DNA of 64,000 nt from an archaeon (GTDB taxonomy: Bacteria > Gemmatimonadota > Glassbacteria > GWA2-58-10): positions 2,499 to 66,498 of the forward strand of contig DATKXY010000046.1 of assembly GCA_035528795.1 (NCBI GenBank), given 5' to 3'. Shown one piece after another: positions 58,365 to 64,000 of this stretch; the first letter of the stretch is position 1, and the number at the start of each line of letters is the position of its first letter. A program made the translations under genes and the position numbers. Under the pieces are notes generated by a model. It made no database searches and was not told where the DNA came from. It was given only the letters and a program-made list of their open reading frames with translations.

Positions 58365-60251
58365 ATGAAAAGACTGTGCAGCATCGTGGGAGCTTTGCTT
58401 CTCCTCTGCGGCTGTCTCAGCTCCCGGGCGGCTTTATCGAACCTGATAGTCTGGGCCGCGAACGATATGGTGCGTATAGATCCCCTGACCGGCCGGGCCT
58501 GGGAAGAATCCGGAGTTTACCCTTTGAGCGACCGCTTAGGGAGGGGCTACCGCCTTAAAAGCGCTGTCTGGGACAGCGCCGCCTCCACGGTGAGTGTCGC
58601 CGGGGCAGGCAATGAGTATGTGGCTTTCCAGGTGATTATCGAGCGCCGGGGGGAGGAGCCTCTTACAGGCATAAAGCTGTCCCGGCTTGAGCTGTCCGGG
58701 CCGGCCAGGCTCTCCCCAGGCCGGGATGTGCAAATCTACAAAGAGTGGTATATCCAGGTGCGCCGTCCATCGCGCAACTACGCCTTTCCCCTGGGTCTCG
58801 GCTGGTACCCGGATGTCCTGATCCCGCTTGAATCCCTTTCCAAAAGCACTCTCGGGGCGGAGCTCTCTGTGCCTGACCCTGGAAACGGCGTGCCGGGACA
58901 GCGCGCCCAAAGTTTCTGGGTCGAGATTTATATCCCGAAATCCCAGCCTGCAGGGGAGTACAGGGGAGAGCTCGAGGTATCGACAGCCCAGGGCGAAAAG
59001 CGCACACTCGAGGTCCGGCTTACGGTCTGGGATTTCACCCTGCCGGATGAGCTCCATTTCGCCCCGAGCCTCAACAGTTACGGCACTCCCTCGGGCACGG
59101 ACGAAAAAACGCGCATCCAGCTCTACCAGATCGCCAGGCGCATGCGCTGCGTGCCGGATGAATTCATGCTCAAACCTCCAGTCAGCGGCCAGGGCAGCCA
59201 GTTGAGACTCGACTGGACAGAGTATGACAAGCTCTATGCCCCCATGCTCGACGGCTCGCTGTACACAGTGCGCTACGGCTACCGCGGCCCAGGCGAGGGC
59301 CTGCCCCTGAAACGTGTCTACCTGCCCTTTACCAGCGCCTCCTGGCCGGTAGGTAAAAAGGGCAAGGGCGAAAAGTGGTTCGAGGAATCCTACCACAAGG
59401 CGCTCCGGCTGATCGAGGAGCATTTCGAGGAGAAAGGCTGGAAAGATACCGAGCTGGTCTTTTTTATCAATGATTACGATGAGCCCACAAAAAAAGAACA
59501 GTTCGAGGACATCCGCTATTTCGGCACACTCCTGAGAAGCGCGGGGCTGAAAAGAACCGGGCGTTTCAAATACCGCATCGATATCGGCCATTTCGCCGAC
59601 ATCCACACCCGCATCCCGGACTGGAACACGGACACGGTGCTCGCCAGGCTGGGAGATGTTGTCGACCTGTGGGTCACCTGCGGGGGCACGCCGTATGTCA
59701 ACGCCCGGCTGATGTCCAAGCTGGTGAACGTGATCGGCAGGGATGTGTGGTTTTACACCAGCAACACAGCGGGCGAGCCGTGTATCGGCAGCCAGTATCT
59801 GGACTCCGAGCTTCTGGGCCTCAGGACCTGGGCCTGGATCACCTGGAAATACAAGCTCACCACCGGCTGTATCTGGGAGTGGACCTACGGGATGCGGGAC
59901 AATAAGGAATCACGCTGGCTCGACCCCTGGACAGATTTCCGCCTGGCCGCAGGCAACGGGGATGCCTGTCTGGTATACAACGGGCGGTTTATCGGCCTGG
60001 ATGAGGTGCTGCCGGCCATGCGGTTCGCCTCCCTGCGGCGGGGCGCCCAGGACTATGAGTATTTTGTTCTCCTCACCGGTCGTTTCAAGGGCAACACAGT
60101 GCCTGCAGACCTGGTGGTAAACTCGGTGGTGCGCGCAGCACTGGATGAGACCCCGCAGGAGAAGCCGGGCGACTGGAGCCACGACCCGGAGGTCTGGCTG
60201 GCCGCCAGATACCGTCTTGCGCACTGGATAATGGGAAACTATAACGAATAG
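58365..60251 (+). CDS. secreted/lipoprotein hypothetical protein (possible glycoside-hydrolase-like)
   Basis: AGGAG SD then ATG 58365; signal peptide with LLLCGC lipobox; about 630 aa, no firm family assignment. Confidence 0.5.
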   Translation: MKRLCSIVGALLLLCGCLSSRAALSNLIVWAANDMVRIDPLTGRAWEESGVYPLSDRLGRGYRLKSAVWDSAASTVSVAGAGNEYVAFQVIIERRGEEPLTGIKLSRLELSGPARLSPGRDVQIYKEWYIQVRRPSRNYAFPLGLGWYPDVLIPLESLSKSTLGAELSVPDPGNGVPGQRAQSFWVEIYIPKSQPAGEYRGELEVSTAQGEKRTLEVRLTVWDFTLPDELHFAPSLNSYGTPSGTDEKTRIQLYQIARRMRCVPDEFMLKPPVSGQGSQLRLDWTEYDKLYAPMLDGSLYTVRYGYRGPGEGLPLKRVYLPFTSASWPVGKKGKGEKWFEESYHKALRLIEEHFEEKGWKDTELVFFINDYDEPTKKEQFEDIRYFGTLLRSAGLKRTGRFKYRIDIGHFADIHTRIPDWNTDTVLARLGDVVDLWVTCGGTPYVNARLMSKLVNVIGRDVWFYTSNTAGEPCIGSQYLDSELLGLRTWAWITWKYKLTTGCIWEWTYGMRDNKESRWLDPWTDFRLAAGNGDACLVYNGRFIGLDEVLPAMRFASLRRGAQDYEYFVLLTGRFKGNTVPADLVVNSVVRAALDETPQEKPGDWSHDPEVWLAARYRLAHWIMGNYNE

Positions 60252-60351
60252 GGTGTGCTTTTCAGCCGGATTATTCGTGAAAAATGACATGCCCGAGCTG
60301 GTGTAGAGGCGCACCTGCGTGTGGGCCCTGACCTGATCTTACGGAGGCGCA

Positions 60352-62064
60352 ATGTATTTTCAATCTCTTTGCCGGGCGGCCCTGGCTGCCGGGCTTATCC
60401 TGTCTCTGACACCTTGCGCTCCTGCTTACGCCCGCCATCACCCCATGTATTCGAACGAGGGGATGGTAGCCAGCGCGGAGCCTGTCGCCACCCAGGTCGG
60501 TTTCGAGGTGCTGCGCGCCGGAGGCAACGCCGCCGATGCCGCAGTGGCAGTGGGCTTTGCTCTTGCAGTGGCTCACCCGATAGCAGGGAATATCGGAGGA
60601 GGCGGTTTTATTGTTTACCGCGAGCCCTCGGGCGAGGTCCACACTCTGGATTACAGGGAGAAAGCGCCGGAAAAGGCTAGGCGGGATATGTTCCTCGGCC
60701 CGGATAGAAAGCCGGACAGCAAGCTGAGCACAAAGACCCTGCTGGCTGTTGGAGTGCCGGGCAGCGTGGCTGGGATGCTCGAAACCCTCGAGCGGTTCGG
60801 CTCAGGGCGGCTCAGCCGTCAGGAGATCATGGCCCCGGCGATCAGGCTGGCTGAACAAGGGTTCCCGGTTTCCCTGGGCTGGCACGAAACCCTGAGAGAC
60901 AGCCGGGAAAGGCTCGCCGTACATCCCTCTACAGCCGCTGTTTTTTATCCCGGCGGTAAGGTCCCGGATGCCGGGGACACCCTGAGGCAGCCGGACCTGA
61001 CCCGGACCCTGCGCGAGATCGCCTCGAGGGGCAGGGCGGGTTTTTACTCGGGCTGGGTGGCCGACAGCCTGGCGCATTTCATGGCAGCCAACGGAGGCCT
61101 GATCACCCGCGCGGATCTTGCGGCCTATGTCTGTGTTCCCAGGCCGCCGGTAATTTTCACTTACCAGGGGTACCGTTTTTATGGCATGGGGCCGCCGAGC
61201 TCAGGCGCAGTGGTGTTAGGCCAGATCCTGGGCCTGCTCGAGCCTTTCGACCTCAAGAGTATGGGTCATAACTCAGCAGCCTATGTCTATCACCTGGTCG
61301 AAGCCGAGCGCCTGGCTTACGCTGACCGCAACCATTTCCTGGGAGACCCGGATTTCGTGAAGATTCCGCTCAAGAGCCTGCTGGCGAAATCCTATCTCGA
61401 CAGGCGACGCTCCCTGATACCGGAAAATGCGGCCGGGAAAAGCTCCCCGGCCTCCCATGGCGCACCGGAACATTTCCAGACCACCCACTTCTCAGTGGTC
61501 GATTCCCGGGGGGGAGCAGCAGCAATCACCACCACGCTCAACGGCGGGTTCGGCATGGGCGCTGTGGTGCCCGGAGCGGGTTTCCTGCTCAACAACGAGA
61601 TGGATGATTTTTCCGCGGCGCCCGGGAAGCCCAATCTGGCCGGCCTGGTGCAGGGCGAGGCCAATGCCGTGGCCGGGGGAAAGCGCATGCTCTCGAGCAT
61701 GACCCCCACCATTATCACCCGGCTTGATAAGTCAGGCAACGCGGAGCTCTTTCTTGTCCTCGGGGCATCAGGAGGCCCGACAATCACCACCTCTGTGCTC
61801 CAGGTCTTTCTCAACATGGCTCATTTCGGGATGAATGTCCGCGAGGCAATCGAGGCTCCGCGCTTCCATCACCAGCACCTGCCGGATGTAGTCTATACCG
61901 AAAAGGCTTTCCCTGAAGACACCCGTAAGCTTCTTGCAGGGATGGGCTACACCCTTGAGGAGCGGCAGTACATAGGCTCGGCAGCGGCTATTGCCGCTCT
62001 GCCTGAGGGCTGGTTCGCCGGCTGGGCGGATGGCGTGGGGGCCGGGGCCGGGACTGGGTTTTGA
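60352..62064 (+). CDS. ggt: gamma-glutamyltranspeptidase
   Basis: signal peptide; autoprocessing/nucleophile Thr context TTHFSVVD, GGxxI motifs; 570 aa. Confidence 0.9.
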   Translation: MYFQSLCRAALAAGLILSLTPCAPAYARHHPMYSNEGMVASAEPVATQVGFEVLRAGGNAADAAVAVGFALAVAHPIAGNIGGGGFIVYREPSGEVHTLDYREKAPEKARRDMFLGPDRKPDSKLSTKTLLAVGVPGSVAGMLETLERFGSGRLSRQEIMAPAIRLAEQGFPVSLGWHETLRDSRERLAVHPSTAAVFYPGGKVPDAGDTLRQPDLTRTLREIASRGRAGFYSGWVADSLAHFMAANGGLITRADLAAYVCVPRPPVIFTYQGYRFYGMGPPSSGAVVLGQILGLLEPFDLKSMGHNSAAYVYHLVEAERLAYADRNHFLGDPDFVKIPLKSLLAKSYLDRRRSLIPENAAGKSSPASHGAPEHFQTTHFSVVDSRGGAAAITTTLNGGFGMGAVVPGAGFLLNNEMDDFSAAPGKPNLAGLVQGEANAVAGGKRMLSSMTPTIITRLDKSGNAELFLVLGASGGPTITTSVLQVFLNMAHFGMNVREAIEAPRFHHQHLPDVVYTEKAFPEDTRKLLAGMGYTLEERQYIGSAAAIAALPEGWFAGWADGVGAGAGTGF

Positions 62065-62192
62065 TATTATTTTATCCGGCCTTGCAACTTATTGAAGAAA
62101 AAGAAGCTACTAGTCTGTCAACTTTGAAATGCAGGGTAATTTGCACCATTGAAATGAGCGAGAATGTGCAAGCCTGCTAACATCAGGCTGGA

Positions 62193-62306
62193 GGCTGTAG
62201 GCTATAGGGTTACTATACCAAGGTTTAAACCTTTGTCTAGGCTATCGATTGTAAAATGTACTCTGTAGATTTGATTTTGCACCCCTACAGTCTACAGCCT
62301 ACAGCC
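62193..62306. repeat. palindrome-rich element: 11-bp perfect inverted repeat (GGCTGTAGGCT / AGCCTACAGCC) flanking a 14-bp perfect palindrome and CTACAG tandem copies
   Basis: direct reading: arms at 62193-62203 and 62296-62306; AAGGTTTAAACCTT at 62220-62233; CTACAG repeated 3 times at 62285-62303. Confidence 0.4.
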
Positions 62307-62487
62307 TAAACACGCACATGTTGGGTAAAAAAGACCCCCCCTGTACCCTGTAAAATTAAGTTGACATAACACTACATATATAAGGAAACCGGAAATATTG
62401 ACTCTTGTAAATAATTGTTTTCCAGTGCGTTAGAATATTGTGGAATCCCGGTAAGAATAATCAGGAGCAGAAAGAAAGGGTAAAGAT

Positions 62488-62937
62488 ATGCCGGAGAAGA
62501 AAGCTAAGCTCAAAATACTTTTCCTCTGCACTGGAAACGCTTGCCGCAGCCAGATGGCCGAGGGCTGGGCCAGGCGCCTGAAAGGCGGGGTAATCGAGCC
62601 TTATTCCGCGGGTATCGTGGCCGCCGGCTTGGACCCGAGAGCTGTCAGGGTGATGGCCGAAAAAGGGGTCGCCATCTCGGGCCAGCGCTCAAAGCACGTG
62701 GATACGCTCCTGGATCTCGAGTTCGACTATGTGGTGACAATCTGCAGCCACGCCCACGAGCACTGCCCGGTGTTCCCAGGCAGGACGCGGGTCTGCCACC
62801 GGGGTTTCGATGATCCGCCGAGCCTGGCAGCACTGGCAAACAGCGAGGAGGAGGCACTTTTCCATTACCGGAGAGTGCGGGATGAGATCCATGCGTTCGT
62901 GGAGGAGCTGCCCGGGGTGTTGGAGGGGAAAGGGTAA
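62488..62937 (+). CDS. arsC: arsenate reductase, LMW-PTP/thioredoxin-coupled type
   Basis: CX5R P-loop CTGNACRS at N-terminus plus Cys pair in ICSHAHEHCP (Cys82/Cys89-like). Confidence 0.75.
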   Translation: MPEKKAKLKILFLCTGNACRSQMAEGWARRLKGGVIEPYSAGIVAAGLDPRAVRVMAEKGVAISGQRSKHVDTLLDLEFDYVVTICSHAHEHCPVFPGRTRVCHRGFDDPPSLAALANSEEEALFHYRRVRDEIHAFVEELPGVLEGKG

Positions 62938-63137
62938 GATTCGAAATATAAAATTCAAAAACAATATTACAGTAATACATTTCCGCTAGCCTAGGCTTTA
63001 ATAATTTAATAAAGCGTTTTTCAAAAAAAAGTTTTTTGAATAGGGATTGGAAATATTCTCCTTGTTGGTAGTTTTAGAAAAAAGAGCCCACTTTATTTTG
63101 GACAGCAGTGATTGAAAATATCAAATCGGAGGAAAAA

Positions 63138-63800
63138 ATGAAAAAAACGACTTTGTTAATTCTATTCCTATCCTTAGCATTTGTTGATAATATCCAGGCA
63201 AAGAAAATAGGAGATTTTAACGGAGATGGAGATATAAATATCCTTGATGCAATATCTTTTATAAGAATAATTGTAAATCAAGTACCAGATAGCATTGTCG
63301 GACAAGAGTACATTGTCTTGAACGGTGAAGGGCTGAAAATTGGAACTTTTGATGGCTATGAAAGAATAAGGTGCTATTCAGATGGAAATCTGGCGGTTGA
63401 TATATATGCTACCTCCGCTTTAGGAACGGTAAGATTAATATCAAAAGCTTTAGAAACTTATGAAACTACATATGAATGGAGACACACAGGATATTTTTCA
63501 AGGCCATACGGTAGTGCTTGTCTGATAATTCCGAAAGATTCAATTCTACCAAATATTATTACTTGGCAAGTTGGAGATGCTGCACCTGTTTGGGATAATA
63601 CCAACAAAAAGTTTAAAGTATATGTTTCAGGCGATACTACTTATACATTTTCGCCTGATACTGAAATAAATGCACCCAATTTGTCAGGATTGGTTTGTAG
63701 AAATGATTTTGATTCATTGGTAGCCAGAGTTAATGCTATTAGTGCTCTTTTAGGTGCAGATGTGAATAAATTAAAAGCAGATTCTGGAATGAACCCTTAA
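63138..63800 (+). CDS. secreted protein with dockerin-like Ca-binding repeat
   Basis: signal peptide; GDFNGDGDINILDAISFIR matches dockerin type-I repeat (DxNxDGxxNxxD); AT-rich gene. Confidence 0.5.
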   Translation: MKKTTLLILFLSLAFVDNIQAKKIGDFNGDGDINILDAISFIRIIVNQVPDSIVGQEYIVLNGEGLKIGTFDGYERIRCYSDGNLAVDIYATSALGTVRLISKALETYETTYEWRHTGYFSRPYGSACLIIPKDSILPNIITWQVGDAAPVWDNTNKKFKVYVSGDTTYTFSPDTEINAPNLSGLVCRNDFDSLVARVNAISALLGADVNKLKADSGMNP

Positions 63801-64000
63801 ATCTGGACAAAGGCCAAAGAAAATAAGTACATTGCCAGAAGGAGCCAATAAAGGAGGTTCCTTTATTGTAATCAAACAGACTTTTCCCTGCTCGATAGCA
63901 GCACTGTTGCTCTGATTCTGATTCTGTTTTTCAACTGATATTTTTGCTGCAGGTTTATTTGACCAGCGTCCGTTTAAACCACTCAATTTCCTTCTTCCGT

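Noticed and set aside
58536-59606. 356-aa minus-strand ORF within the secreted protein gene
   Set aside because: It is antisense and nested. The plus-strand gene has an SD, signal peptide and lipobox.

Overview
This window looks like a contig from a mid/high-GC, probably anaerobic bacterium (GH57 glycogen enzymes, feoAB-dtxR, a B12-binding radical SAM enzyme). The core genome segment is interrupted by AT-rich islands at about 25.5-28.8 kb, 41.0-47.6 kb and 63 kb onward.

Supported housekeeping and metabolic genes:
- a ptsN-like EIIA with a PII-like DUF190 protein, and a long-form threonine synthase;
- a GH57 glycogen cluster: a GH57 glucanotransferase/amylase, a GalT-type HIT uridylyltransferase, a GH57 branching enzyme, a PAS/GAF sensor histidine kinase with a single-domain response regulator, and glgC;
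- a GH5/42-like hydrolase, feoA-feoB with a FeoB-associated Cys-rich peptide under a divergent DtxR-family regulator, a GH20 hexosaminidase, a D-aminoacylase, and PBP1A;
- tyrS, a small radical SAM protein, a DegT aminotransferase, folC, a BatA-like VWA membrane protein, pepA, and a GT39-like glycosyltransferase with TPR repeats;
- an aldo/keto reductase, MoxR with DUF58, a B12-binding radical SAM enzyme, an FNR-like reductase, a FAH-family hydrolase, ggt, an LMW-PTP-type arsC, and a dockerin-like secreted protein.

The most notable locus is a tightly coupled, AT-rich three-gene minus-strand cassette at 41.1-46.3 kb. It encodes a DnaG-like primase (zf-CHC2 plus TOPRIM), a 1100-aa reverse transcriptase with motifs 1/2, A, B and an FVDD motif C plus an about 750-aa alpha-helical C-terminal extension, and a stand-alone nitrilase-superfamily hydrolase with an E-K-C triad. 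A degraded serine-recombinase pseudogene flanks it. This resembles nitrilase-associated UG/Abi (DRT1-like) defence reverse transcriptases, but the primase partner is unusual and it may be an undescribed variant.

A second AT-rich operon at 25.9-28.5 kb carries a metallo-beta-lactamase-fold protein and two unknown proteins. There is also a HEPN/MNT toxin-antitoxin pair at 22.6-23.3 kb. No tRNA, rRNA or CRISPR array was seen.
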